A stretch of 64,000 nucleotides of DNA, taken from the NCBI GenBank assembly GCA_977017575.1, contig CDRNVI010000051.1, forward strand, positions 332,516 to 396,515, read 5' to 3'. This stretch comes from Paramoeba atlantica. Its lineage: Eukaryota; Protista; Discosea. Position 1 is the stretch's first letter; each line of letters starts with the position of its first letter. A program made the translations under genes and the position numbers. Of the stretch, positions 34,501 to 44,806 are shown piece by piece. Under the pieces are notes generated by a model. The model was given only the letters and a program-made list of their open reading frames with translations. It did not search any database and was not told where the DNA came from.

Positions 34501-35063
34501 AGCGATAGGATTTGGAAGTTGTTCTCGCAGAGCCCTGGGGTCCGGGCGGCCCCTTCCATGGAGGAGATAAGGTCTTGTGTAAACGACGACCAATGATCTG
34601 GCCATTCATGCTTTAGTATGTGAACAAGGACAACGTTTGCCTTGTTCAGCATTGTTTTTACCGATTTCTCAGCAGAAGAACTGTCCAAAGCACTTGAAAT
34701 GCTCACAATAAAGTTCGAGACAAAGCTCCTTATAGCCTCGCGTTGATTAGCGGGAATTTGGTGCCATCGATGAACTACTACTTCATCTAGAAGCTGGAGA
34801 GCAAAAAACCGTGTGTACGGACAAGTAGAGTGCTCGAGAATGTGGTCTACATGGTGCCACACTTCCGGTTCAGCCTTGTACGTCGTCAAGAAGGATTGTG
34901 CTTGTCGTACTTCTTCGGTCATAGACTGTCTTCTTTGGTGTGATTCATTGAGTGCTGCTCCTGCAGGGGACGTCAGGAAACTCTGTCCTTTGTACACCAC
35001 ACCAACAACCCCTTCGAGAAGAGGGAGATCTAATACTTGGGTGTTCTGCGTCAGTCGTTCCAT
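31518..35063 (-). CDS. XPO1: Exportin-1 (CRM1/XPO1)
   Basis: IBN_N region, HEWPDHW, LSEEVF, MAKPEEVIIVEDE, LCWTVGAISG, NIMYVVGQYPRFLRSH, GVQDMAVDTFLK, DYPDHR. Confidence 0.97.
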   Translation of the reverse strand: MERLTQNTQVLDLPLLEGVVGVVYKGQSFLTSPAGAALNESHQRRQSMTEEVRQAQSFLTTYKAEPEVWHHVDHILEHSTCPYTRFFALQLLDEVVVHRWHQIPANQREAIRSFVSNFIVSISSALDSSSAEKSVKTMLNKANVVLVHILKHEWPDHWSSFTQDLISSMEGAARTPGLCENNFQILSLLSEEVFNYENATMTQRMAERKKQALLQEYAQIMTTGLDALENSEDPRVLTSALQMLERYLSWVPPESLSSTPLVSLLGSRFLPVGLTRNSALRCLTEISSSSASSSSSSSGSTFSASTDAHHHHHQQQQMVLTLYRGVMRHVATLYPPDSAPSLLQTLHHAHESGSEEQRDFLHNLSLFLISLFTNHAGWLEAVPEETLGGHMYLVALTRLEDKENFKVCVEYWLHLCKRVYAEMHSATQNTHQRGEEGGPGGWGTFSFAQKRHQGRALLYREVFTALLPVLTGSMAKPEEVIIVEDEQGELTKEYLTDVETIDLYNTMRQTLVLLAHLNLKQIETLLLDNLEHIHFLARLDDNVVPERSAPQGTGEEEFGGQQPSDTEWTWRELNQLCWTVGAISGTMEEAHERTFFIRVIRILLELCDVTSGKENRAVIASNIMYVVGQYPRFLRSHYRFLTTVMNKLTEFMEETFPGVQDMAVDTFLKLARLCGTNLCEGSQENDFPYVLEFIQTKLPKVLPVLQSSHIYVLFEALGVIVGAAPEPVQEQTFIPELYRVIVSDWDSLVSSLQQGTVNILEPDVLRKLIYLLRCEVCAGKGLGHTFVHHVHNRRENLMDLYGKITSVINEQLKLRDANVIHTYPMKLLRGVRREILKVFAELCSSTRMPEPVARYLLPLVFDTILPEYKSSLPALRDAQLLTLLTTICERLRIFVGDNVSEICASAVEPTLQMISENMQDYPDHRVQVFKLMRALTKNCFDPFLRYAQESPMIMDGVLWSMKHTTSAVSGPGAEMLLEFLYRVSQSPLAAPFYVAYAITILTEVMVAMTDTLHKGDFAQHVKIIALILQVAPGAARIAADQDPETSSLGYIQQYLTTTLSTAFPNLTFTQVDRFVTALCGSHGTNLPALTALLRDFVIELKEWGPRDAQELALPGDSSSSSPNRGGVGGSPEVMGSRGETSPLGTAAQRGSAAVPSFLAAVPGFVVEKHSTTYAQQAQGDE

Positions 35064-35321
35064 GCTTTAGACGTCACTTCTGGATTATAAAAAAAGGATA
35101 TGGTTCCAGAAAAATTGGTAAAATATTTTTTTTATTGATAAAGTCTAATAATACAATCTGGTATTTTTACTATAATACTGTGCTTTACAACGAAGCGGAA
35201 CGAAAAAGTACAAGGAGTGATGAAATGTCGTATATTTGGTTGATTCGTTTGGTTGGCTTCCTCTTGTTTACCTCACGTAACAGGGGTCTGGATACATCGG
35301 GGGGAGCGCTCAGATTGTATC

Positions 35322-36467
35322 CTACGTTTGTTTGGGAAAATTGTCACATGCTTTGCAACAAGACAGTACGACATCGTCTATCTGGGGCCGCATAGCCTTT
35401 TCTAGGGCTTCAGCGTACGGAACGGGAACTTCGACGCAGCCCACTCGACGAATTGGTGCATCCAGATAGTCAAAACCCTTACCTTCACAAACTCGAGCAA
35501 CAATTTCCGATCCTACAGAACAGGAGGGCCAGTTTTCCTCCACAACTACAAGTCGATGAGTCTTTCTTAACGAGCTTTCAATTAGAGAAACATCCAGAGG
35601 CCTTAACCAGCGCAAGTTAATCACTTCCGCATCGATGCCATACTCCTCCCGCAACGCAGCGGCAGCCTCGAGACATATCCCAACGCCTCGAGAAAAACTC
35701 ACAAGAGTGACATCCGAGCCCTCCCTCTCCACCTTGCCCGAGATCGAGGGCAGATCATCCATATTTGAAAAAGCTTCGTCCCGCGTAAACCGTTGTCCAT
35801 ACAACAACTCGTTCTCCAAAAAGACCACTGGCTCGTTGTGGCGTACGGCGCCTTTTAGCATCGTATAGGCGTCGTGTGCACTGTATGGTGCCCCGACCCG
35901 TAGCCCAGGTATCGAGGCGTACAGCGCGCTGAGACAGTGGCTGTGCTGAGCACCGACACCACTGGCAATGCCATTCGGCCCACGAAACACAATCGGACAC
36001 TGCAGCTGGCCTCCGCTCATGTAACGCCCTTTGGCGCAGGAGTTCACAATTTGGTCCAGTGCTTGGAAGGAAAAGCTCATGGACATGAATTCCACGATTG
36101 GCCGGAGTCCCGCCCAGGCAGCTCCAATCGCCATTCCGGTGAACCCCTGCTCGGATATCGGGGTGTCAAACACACGTGGGGGACCGCCAAAGTGGTCGAA
36201 CAGGCCGGCAGTTACTTTGTACGCTCCATTGTACTTACCGACCTCCTCGCCCAGGAGAAAAACTTTTCTGTCACGATCCATTTCCTCTCTCATGGCTTGG
36301 TTTAATGCTTCTCGAACTGTGATGAGCGCCTTAGATGGTTTGGAGTTCGCGGAGCTCGCTGATGCCGTTGCATACCATCTTTGTTTGTTTGGCGAAAACC
36401 GATTCCACAACGAAAGAGAACGTTTAGTGTGTTGGTACCCGAATGGTGCGAAATGAGTGCGAATCAT
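35322..36467 (-). CDS. PDHB: Pyruvate dehydrogenase E1 beta subunit, mitochondrial
   Basis: Mitochondrial-like presequence, GEEVGKYNGAYKVT, DTPISEQGF, VFRGPNG, GAQHS, EVINLRWLRPLD, YLDAPI. Confidence 0.95.
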   Translation of the reverse strand: MIRTHFAPFGYQHTKRSLSLWNRFSPNKQRWYATASASSANSKPSKALITVREALNQAMREEMDRDRKVFLLGEEVGKYNGAYKVTAGLFDHFGGPPRVFDTPISEQGFTGMAIGAAWAGLRPIVEFMSMSFSFQALDQIVNSCAKGRYMSGGQLQCPIVFRGPNGIASGVGAQHSHCLSALYASIPGLRVGAPYSAHDAYTMLKGAVRHNEPVVFLENELLYGQRFTRDEAFSNMDDLPSISGKVEREGSDVTLVSFSRGVGICLEAAAALREEYGIDAEVINLRWLRPLDVSLIESSLRKTHRLVVVEENWPSCSVGSEIVARVCEGKGFDYLDAPIRRVGCVEVPVPYAEALEKAMRPQIDDVVLSCCKACDNFPKQT

Positions 36468-36541
36468 ATTGTGCGTCTCCTCACAGTTTTGGCATCTGGT
36501 TTTTCAGAACATAAATATTTTGCCCAATCGTACGTTTTACG

Positions 36542-37130
36542 TTTTAACTTGTGTATTTGATTGGGCAGTTTATTGTAATGTACAGTACTGTATTCGTGGC
36601 AAAGACGACACTCCAAAATAAATGAGCACAAAATTGCCTCAACCAATGTGGAGTGACCAGATCGTGGTTTATTTATAAAAATATTTATAAATAAGACCTA
36701 CTGTACTTACATTGAAGTGCTTACATGTGCAATGAATTTATTTTACTTCATGAAAATATTTCGTATAGCAAGTAGACATTGTCAGTTCCCCAAGCGTTCT
36801 CTTCAAAGAAATTACTCGGATATCCGCATCTGCAAGGATTTTCATCATGATAAGATACATTGGGTACATTTTAACTTGTGTATTTGATGGGCGGTACATT
36901 GTAATGTACATTATTGTATTCGTGGCAAAGAGGACACTCCAAAATAAATGAGCACAAAATTGCCATAACTAAAGTGGAGTGACCAGATAGTGGTTTATTT
37001 ATAAAATTATTTCGCATAGCAAGTAGAAATTATCAGTTCCCCAAGCGTTCTCTTCAAAGAAATAACTCGGATATCCGCATCTGCAAGGATTTTCATCATG
37101 ATAAGATACATTGGATACATTGGGTACATT
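36542..37130. repeat. Local tandem duplication, units of about 330 and 250 bp
   Basis: TTTAACTTGTGTATTTGAT... occurs at about 36542 and 36869. GATATCCGCATCTGCAAGGATTTTCATCATGAT occurs twice here and again near 49480. Confidence 0.8.
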
Positions 37131-37862
37131 GGAAGTGGAGATATGTAAAAGTTATACGAAATTTCATAAAAGATCGCTAAATGATCAAAACAAGACTATA
37201 CTTACATGTAAAAATACATGTACGCATGAAAAAAGAGCTTACTGTGGCAGAATCCCTACTCAAACAATCCGTAGGGTCAAACCTTCCAACGGAGCAACGG
37301 TTTCGCAATCAGTGCGGTAACTACAGACAGGCATGCTTCCCCTAAAGAGCGCAAAAACGCAGATAAACAATATTTTCATGATCTCGCAAAGTTCGGTCAT
37401 ATTCGCCCTGAGCTGGTTTTCAATAACTTTTTCACCATGGACGAGTTTTTCTGCAAGATGGAGAACGAAAAGATGGACAACGAAAACCATGACTGGGTGT
37501 TGGGACGTTCTGTGAAGGGAACTTACAGGACCTCGCATTGGTTTTACTTGCATAGTTCTTGTATCTGCTGATGGCTCTTTTCATCACGTTCATTTTCTTT
37601 GGAAGCGGGTAACAAGCGTAGTGCGCGTAAAAGCCTTGAACGAAGAGATGCTAGACGAACGGTCAAGTCAAGACCATACATGTATACTAGGAACTGGTTT
37701 CCAAGACGCTGAAATAAATGCCTCGTCACGATAAGTGACCATAGCCTAATTTTTGGTATATGAGGTCGTTTCAACTAATTATTGTAGCATCTTGCAGATC
37801 TCAATCCCTAATTTCTTGGGGTCACACCACATTGACACAATGCTCAACAACTGCACCTGGGG

Positions 37863-38455
37863 GTGCACTTACCAGTTTTCCGCCGTTTCAGCAGTTTCCT
37901 GAATACAGGCTTGGTACAAGCCTTCAGTCACGTTTTGACACTAGTAACTAATGCTAAACCACCGTACGGGTTATTATACCTAGTGACACCGATTGTACCT
38001 CCAAGGTTTAATAGAAGTGTAAGAGTCCCTAGGGTCCTCATTATACCTCCCCCTACCGCTGAGCAACTTTACAGAGTCCAACGGGTGTCGTTACTGGATC
38101 TCTGATGTCCAAGCACGTGATATCTTTCATGAAGAGTCAAATTACCCCACTCTTGTCTAATGATGAAATATGCTTGAGTGTATGTGGTAGCGCCAGAGGA
38201 CACTTGACCGATCTTGCAAAAAAAATAATGGGTGAATTTAGTTTATTGGGGGTCATACCCGGTGGTATGACACAATTTAACCAGGCCATTGATGAAAGCA
38301 ACGCTGATAGACTTCGTCATGAGTACTCGGTAAACCATTATCAACCCTGGTTACAACAGGGGCACAGAAAGATCGGTGAAATTAAGGCAAATTTAGCCTT
38401 TTTTATTTCCAATTTCTGTAAAAACAAAATTGCCTTATTAATCACATTTTTATGA
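37863..38455 (+). pseudogene. Decayed pogo/Tigger-type (DDE_1) transposase
   Basis: FSHVLTLVTNAKPP, then LSVCGSARGHLTDLAKK...VIPGGMTQFNQAID...YQPWL, matching the pogo pattern LD...GH...VIPGG.T..LQPLD. The catalytic residues have degenerated. Confidence 0.65.
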
Positions 38456-38901
38456 GATATCTTGCTTTGCTTAAGTATTTTTGGTATTTTCTAATGCACT
38501 GTGTGGCGTGCTCGGTTTTCCTGTCAAAGAGGGCTCACTTTGAGCAAGGTTTCTCTCTGGACCGAGGAGGATTGTGTGTAGTGGTTGGAAAGTTACAGGA
38601 AAATCCACAAAACACCTCAGAGCATGAAGCTTATTAGTACAAAGTAGTGGTGCGGTAAGAAGTGCAACCGAAGGTACGTCGCACTAGGCCCACTGGTACC
38701 AGGTAGAGCCCACAGAAGTGCGAAGCAAATGATAAAATATCTCATACAGTATATTCAGGATGGACGGCATAAGGATGCAGGAGTGGAAGTGGAAGTGGGC
38801 CAGCAAACTATCGTATCATTACGACAGTGGTTAGATTCCCTTATGGCTACAGCTCGTGTTCGCCGACGCGCCAGGACAGTTCTTTAATTTCAACAATGTA
38901 A

Positions 38902-39418
38902 TGTGATAAGACGTTCTTTTCCATACAAAAACGACACCGCGGACGACATGGTGCAATACGTGTGCGTAAGGGCGGGACGGAGGTCGCACAGACAATAGCT
39001 GCTACCACAAGGTCAAATAAGTTATTCCAAATTTTCATGGAAATGTTTCCCGATCGAACTTTCAGCACAATGGTCCCAAACATTTCGGAACTTGCTTCCG
39101 GTGGGCGTACGAGGACCGACAGGGGCACGGCACAACATTCAACTGGGGAACGATTACCAGTGGTAAAGTGTAAATCACCGTCGACAGTGGGTGACACAGG
39201 AAGGTGTGCACACCAACACCATTGAGTATGCTATCTCAATGGCAAAGGAGCGATTGAAGCGTGAAGGGAGCGTTTTGGAAAGGAAATCAGGTAGAAGAGC
39301 AGACGGAGTGCAAGCAATCGCCGAGAAGTGGAACGGGAGCCTCCTCAAGAAAGGAGGAAAAGTGATGCCGCGTGTTCTGCAGAATTTGCAAGAACACTGC
39401 ATTTATATTCATTTGTAG
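38902..39418 (+). pseudogene. Decayed Merlin (IS1595/ISXO2-like) transposase
   Basis: CDKTFFSIQKRHRGR, FPDRTFSTMVPNI, RTRTD, a frameshift, then VNHRRQWVTQEGVHTNTIE...AKERLKR, which matches the IS1595/Merlin VNH..F...G.HTNTIE motif. Confidence 0.75.
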
Positions 39419-40404
39419 ATCAAGTATGTTAAGGAAGCAGTAGTTATTAAAGGGGCAGTAAGGATTAAAGGGGAGATTTTCGGAAAGAAAAATGAATTTC
39501 TTTTGAAATTTCAGAAAAAGGCTAAATTTTGTTGGTTGAATTTAACCGAAAGATCGCATCAAACGCAGATGCAGAACTTATGTTGCGTTGGATGGGGCAC
39601 GCACACTAAGAAATCCTATATAAAATTGACATTGTCAAGAGATTTGACCAGTTGGGGTATAGCAACCACGAAAACATTCGAGGGGCTGTCGGTGAGGACC
39701 AAGACGAGATCACGCGACATCACGTGAGATCATGCGAGAACTCTCTGTTAGAGCAATTTCGCCCAAAAGGACTCAGAAAAAAATACTTAATTTTTCGTTG
39801 ATTTCTTTTCTTGGTTTTTTTGAACCAGGCCAGACGTTTTTTCGATCAGACATGCCCCCTACCTCTAATGGTAAGACCCCCGAAAAACGTCCGAAATATG
39901 GGGGGAATCGGGTGTTTGGGTTACTGTGACCCCCCCCTTTATTATGGACACTTTTTCAGCTTTTGTCCATAATAAAGGGTGGGGGGGGGGTGATGAAAAG
40001 TGTGCGATTTTTTTTTATTTAATGTCGGTGTGGTAGGTGCATCGTAAAAAAGCGGTAGTTGTTGGTAAACCGGCTTCGCAAATAGCTTCCCACTAACGAC
40101 GCCGCGTATGGCTGAAAATATATCCGCCCGGAGTCGAACCTGCGACCACCAGATTATGAACGGCAGGTCTTACCAAAAGGACTACCTGGGTTCGAGTCCC
40201 GCGACCTACGTTTTTAAGCACCGTGATTTGTGCCCAAATCGAGGATAGAGGGGAGGGGCTGGACCCCCTTTTCTCACCCTGCTGGATCCACCCTACCCCG
40301 GACACCATAAAAAAGGGAGAGTCAGAGGTTGTAAACAACCCACGCAATTTATTTTATTTTGAAATAAGTGTGCGCGCACACTTATTATTCCGGAAACACA
40401 CTTA

Positions 40405-42146
40405 CTGTGACCCCCACCTTTAATAGAGACCCCCCCCTCATCCCCCCCTTTAATAGAGACAAAAGTTTGGGGAAATTTGTTTGGGGGGGATTTTTTTTGG
40501 CGAAAGCCGAGAAGAAAAATTGGAATGTTGCTTAAAATGGGGGGAAAAATACTTAGAATTCACTGAATCAATAATCTCTACCAATGCTACCATCCACCGC
40601 ATCCCTGGATTCTCCTGTGAAATTGAAAGATGGTATCCCCAACACAGTTCGTTCTGTGCGTGGGCCTCTAAGGTCCTGGATTATTACAGAACCTCCAGCG
40701 CCACGAATCGGGTATCCGGCATTCGAAATAACAAATAATCCTCTTCAAATCACTGTCCGTGAAAAGAGAGACCGAGTAGAGTTAAGTATGTACGACAAGC
40801 GCAATATATGCCTGTCGAAATCACCGGTATCCAAGATACAGAGTAAGTACGGCCTCTCTCGAAGTGCCTTGTACAAAATACGCAACCGGGGTGCGAAACA
40901 TTATCAACATTTGATCAATCGTTCTATGGGCGGAAGCTGTAGAAATCGATGTTTTAATGCAAGAGGGGGGGATTATAATGACGCGGAGGCCATACCGTAC
41001 AGTAAAGCAGCTGCTATGGAACGCGTACATCGAGCATGCGAGCAAGCTTGCTCCCTCTCGTCCCCTCTTACGCTTTAAATGCAGACAATGTCAATGATTT
41101 TAACTCAAATCTTGACAAGGAGTGGAAGAAGTTCCGCGCTCCGAAGAGGTGCCTTACTACTCATGCCTTAGACTACCCATGTGAAAATGTATTATCGATA
41201 TATCACAAATTGCCGAATGTGGACACTCACATGATGTTTTTAAACACGGGAAAAACGCGATTGATGTTGGGTTTGGGACGTAAACCAACTCAACATATAA
41301 CTTCTGTCCGCCGCATTATAGCAGTGATTATATTCAACGGCCATTTCATTCTTGTGCATTACCACAGATTGGGAATGACCATATTTGACAATTACCAGGC
41401 ATTTTCTCCCACTGCCCGCCAGGACTACTTGGAAAGCTTGGCTTCTCACTTAAGGCCTATTATCGGCACCTCTGCAAGCAACGTAAAAGTAAAATATGCG
41501 AAAGTTCAGCAGCAATAACCTCTAATGATTGAATGCGGATTACATGTTGTGAATAACCTGCGTTCGCTGTTATTCCCTAACGGCGTACAGAACAGACTCA
41601 CTAGGAAGAACATTGCGAAGACTTGGTATCCAAGTGTTTTAGGGATCCCGTCACCTTTACCTGTACAACAGAGTAGCGACATAAAGGAAGGGAACAACAG
41701 TGAGGATGATGAAAACTTGGAGACAGTCGTCCAACTCATCAAAGACACTGATATAGGAGATGAGACGACAGAGGGATGGGAAGAAAGCATAGTATACCCT
41801 ATTAACATTGATGTGATCTGTAAGGCATATCCTTGATCTGTAAAGTTGGGATGTATTTCATTGAGCTGACATTGTTTGTGCTTTCATTTTCTCGTTCACT
41901 TTGCGCTAGTAGCAGTCTTTCATGCGCAGAAACATGAGTAGAAAATCTGCTCCAACGATAAATATACCGTTTCTGTAAAACATGTTTACTACTCTGAGTA
42001 GTTGTAAACGGACCCTCATATGTGCGTATTTAAGTCCTGAAAAAAAAGGCGCCGCGAATCTTTTTTCGTGCTTCGGATTCTCATTTCACCCCCCCTTAAT
42101 AGAGACAAACCACGAAATTTTGTCTACATTAAAGGGGGGGTCACTC
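40405..42146 (+). mobile_element. pogo-like TIR element carrying a CENP-B/psq-type HTH and a disrupted Ulp1 (C48) protease
   Basis: Left TA|CTGTGACCCCCACCTTTAATAGAGAC, degenerate right GTCTACATTAAAGGGGGGGTCACTC. Internal LSMYDKRNIC...YGLSRSALYKIRNR and NGHFILV / IFDNY / VQQQ*...ECGLHV. Confidence 0.55.
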
Positions 42147-42236
42147 AATACATGTATGACAAGAACATACTCTGTTATATGACAAGTATAACTTACTTAT
42201 TTCTTTCCTGAGTTTTATTTTCGATCGCTGCGGTAG

Positions 42237-42900
42237 ATGCTTCTTCAAAAAGCGGTGGTTGTTGGTAAACGGAGCTTCGCGTTTACACCATTCTTTACCC
42301 CATGTCCCCCTGCACCCCTCCCGGCAGACCTTCTCGCCACCGCCTTGGCCTACACAGTTACCGACACTGCAAGTACGATTAGATATAAAAACCTTGTCTT
42401 TCGCAGGCCACATTGCTCGCATATAGCTGCGGATTCTTTCAAGTTGAACTACCCAAACAGACACGAGCGTACTATTGGTTTGCACATTATGGAAAAATAT
42501 ATGAACTCAACCGCACGCCAATAGGACATAAATGTGCACCAGAAATCATGCACGCATTGACAGCTGTGGCAGCAGGGCAACAAGATTACTGTAAAACGGC
42601 CTGCAGGTTTAAAGGAGACATGGGTATTTACTTAGACGGATTGCGATTTGTGGGATCAACTTATGAATGCACAAACTTTGAGAAATGGATGGAAAATCGG
42701 GCACGTTACCTGGGACTTACATTCAAAATGAAATTACATTCAAGACATCAGACTCAATCAAATTCCTAGACTTCAATCAATTCCTAGGCGCAGATTACGA
42801 TCACTCGGAAAAAAGATACCTGGGCAACCGTCCTGACACAGACCTCTCGTTCTCGGAAATCTGTGTACGTACACACTTACACGCGGAAGGTAAGCAATAA
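42237..42900 (+). pseudogene. TATE-like (DIRS order) reverse transcriptase fragment
   Basis: GFFQVELP...RAYYWF...YELNRTPIGH..APEIMH, IYLDGLRFVG, then after a frameshift FLGADYDH. The pattern resembles kinetoplastid TATE RTs as I recall them. Confidence 0.65.
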
Positions 42901-43819
42901 TTGTCTCTTTTTAGAAAGGTACAGCTAAGAAATAGCTTTTTTTCGAAAAAGTATGGACCTAAAACAGATTACCCCTACATAACTGTACAACAACACCCTA
43001 CATAACAACAACACTACTTAAGACCCTTACATAAGAGTCCGCGGGGTACCCCTCCTACTTAAGAGTCCTTTTTGACGGAGCCTCGGGCTGCCTGTGGCGA
43101 GAAGCGCCGCCAGATAGTTTTTTTTTTGATTTTTTTAGTTGTCTGCCCATTGAGTTTAGTTGCGTTTTAAATATTTCCAAGCTATTATACTTGATGGTAC
43201 TCCGAGGAAGGAGCAGACTACGGGCAGTCATGGTACAGAACCATCCTCCTCAACCCCCTTCAACTCTCTCGCGAACTGATCAAAGTTCTTCTCCCCTCTG
43301 ATCACCCTCCGCACACGAGAACGGCAAATCTGCCGACCAAACCCCTTCATCTATCTCCCCACCAAACCACGGTGACCTTCCGCTACACCATTCCGGTAGC
43401 CAACCCCGTTCTCTTCCATCCCAAGTGTACACGGTATTGCACTGCTATTATCCTTATATTCTCCTGCATACCAAGGGTCATATTCTGAATATGTAAGACA
43501 GCTCAGACATGTCTCAGTAGCATGTCGGGCTAACGTCGAAATTTTCCGCGACAGACTTATTTCTCACTTAGAAATACGCTCAAAGGATCCTTACTTGATG
43601 TATTTTGCCAAATGCCCTCAGCAAATGCCTGGCGATAGATAGATACGTGCGGACTGCACGTAAAAATGATCAGAAATTGAGCACTTTAGCAGAAATATGA
43701 TATTTATGCTACAAACGACAATATTTGAATAACGATTTTTTTGGGTTTTTATTGGCGCCCTCCTGATGCGAGTTTGACTAGAACTAATCATCACATACAA
43801 TTTAATGTAATTTATAAAG

Positions 43820-43918
43820 TAGGCTCCTGATGTGAGTCTGACAACATTAATATAGGCTCCTGATGTGAGTCTGACAACAATAATATAGGCTCCTGATGTG
43901 AGTCTGACAACAATAATA
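43820..43918. repeat. 33-bp tandem repeat, 3 copies
   Basis: TAGGCTCCTGATGTGAGTCTGACAACAWTAATA three times with no spacers, plus degenerate flanking copies. Confidence 0.9.
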
Positions 43919-44045
43919 TAAGTTCCTGTTGCGAGCCTTTATCTATTATGGCAAGAAAAGAACTTGCAGGGAGAAAAAGATACCGTTTCTGTACTGATTT
44001 CCAGGTCACAAAGTGTTTCTATTTTGACCGCGCCCAACGACACCT

Positions 44046-44172
44046 ACCCCCCTAGTTATTTGTCACCCACCGAACGTCACCCCCCCCCCCTAGTTATTTG
44101 TCACACACCCAACCCCCCTACTTATTTGTCACCCCTTTTTGGAGGAAAGTGACAAATAAGTAGGGGGGGTAT
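44046..44172. mobile_element. Small MITE, TACCCCCCTAGTTATTTGTCAC family
   Basis: Inverted ends TACCCCCCTAGTTATTTGTCAC / GTGACAAATAAGTAGGGGGGGTA, related to 53176-53388. Confidence 0.65.
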
Positions 44173-44505
44173 AGTAAACCAACTGTACGGATATTATTCG
44201 CATTTTTTTTCTATTCGCATTTTTTTGATTTTGGGATTTTTTGTCCTTTTTATATCTGAATGAAGTGTCACAAGCTCACGATATTCGTTGGCTTAATGCA
44301 GGAGGAACCGTCAATTAAACCATGTTCCAGGATAGTATACCCATGCCCACTTAGTATACCTACCCCCCCCTCTCAGCAACAGCGGCGGGAGACGTCCCAT
44401 TTTTAGAAGCGACAGAGCAACTTTTCTAGCAATCCCCTGGTAAGAAATCGCAATTTAAGGCAAGGCACCATTTTTCTAGCAACTACAGATGAGGGGCTGC
44501 GGGTC

Positions 44506-44600
44506 GCGGGTTCGGTGCGGGTTCGGTGCGGGTTCGGCGCGGGTTCGGTGCGGGTTCGGTGCGGGTTCGGCGCGGGTTCGGTGCGGGTTCGGCGCGGGTT
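44506..44600 (+). repeat. 11-bp subterminal tandem array (GCGGGTTCGGY), 8 copies plus a partial; 2 more copies at 46970-46991
   Basis: Counted directly from the sequence. Confidence 0.95.
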
Positions 44601-44806
44601 GAAAAAAATCCCCTGAAAGCATGCGAAATTAGTCGGAGCTGCAGACATTGAAGGAGAAAAATAGTTAGATCGAAGGAGAAATCATAATGTGCGACATACA
44701 TAGTGTACATAATATACGATAATAACAAAAATTTATAAGCCATGTATACGATATGACTACGTAGTTTACATTTCGCAATTCATCGAAAACGACTAGATAC
44801 TTAATT

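Noticed and set aside
40119-40190. Functional tRNA-Met on the minus strand
   Set aside because: The acceptor, anticodon and T stems do not pair properly. It is kept only as a low-interest B-box observation.
43820-43918. 33-bp repeats as a CRISPR array
   Set aside because: The units are directly adjacent with no spacers, no cas genes are present, and the context is eukaryotic.
43980-44000. GTTTCTGTACT as a spliced-leader gene
   Set aside because: Only about 11 nt match the SL exon. The AACTAA start, the GT donor context and a tandem array are all missing.
44506-44600. GGGTTC-rich array as an interstitial telomere
   Set aside because: The unit is the 11-bp GCGGGTTCGGY, not TTAGGG, and it is tied to a transposon's two ends.
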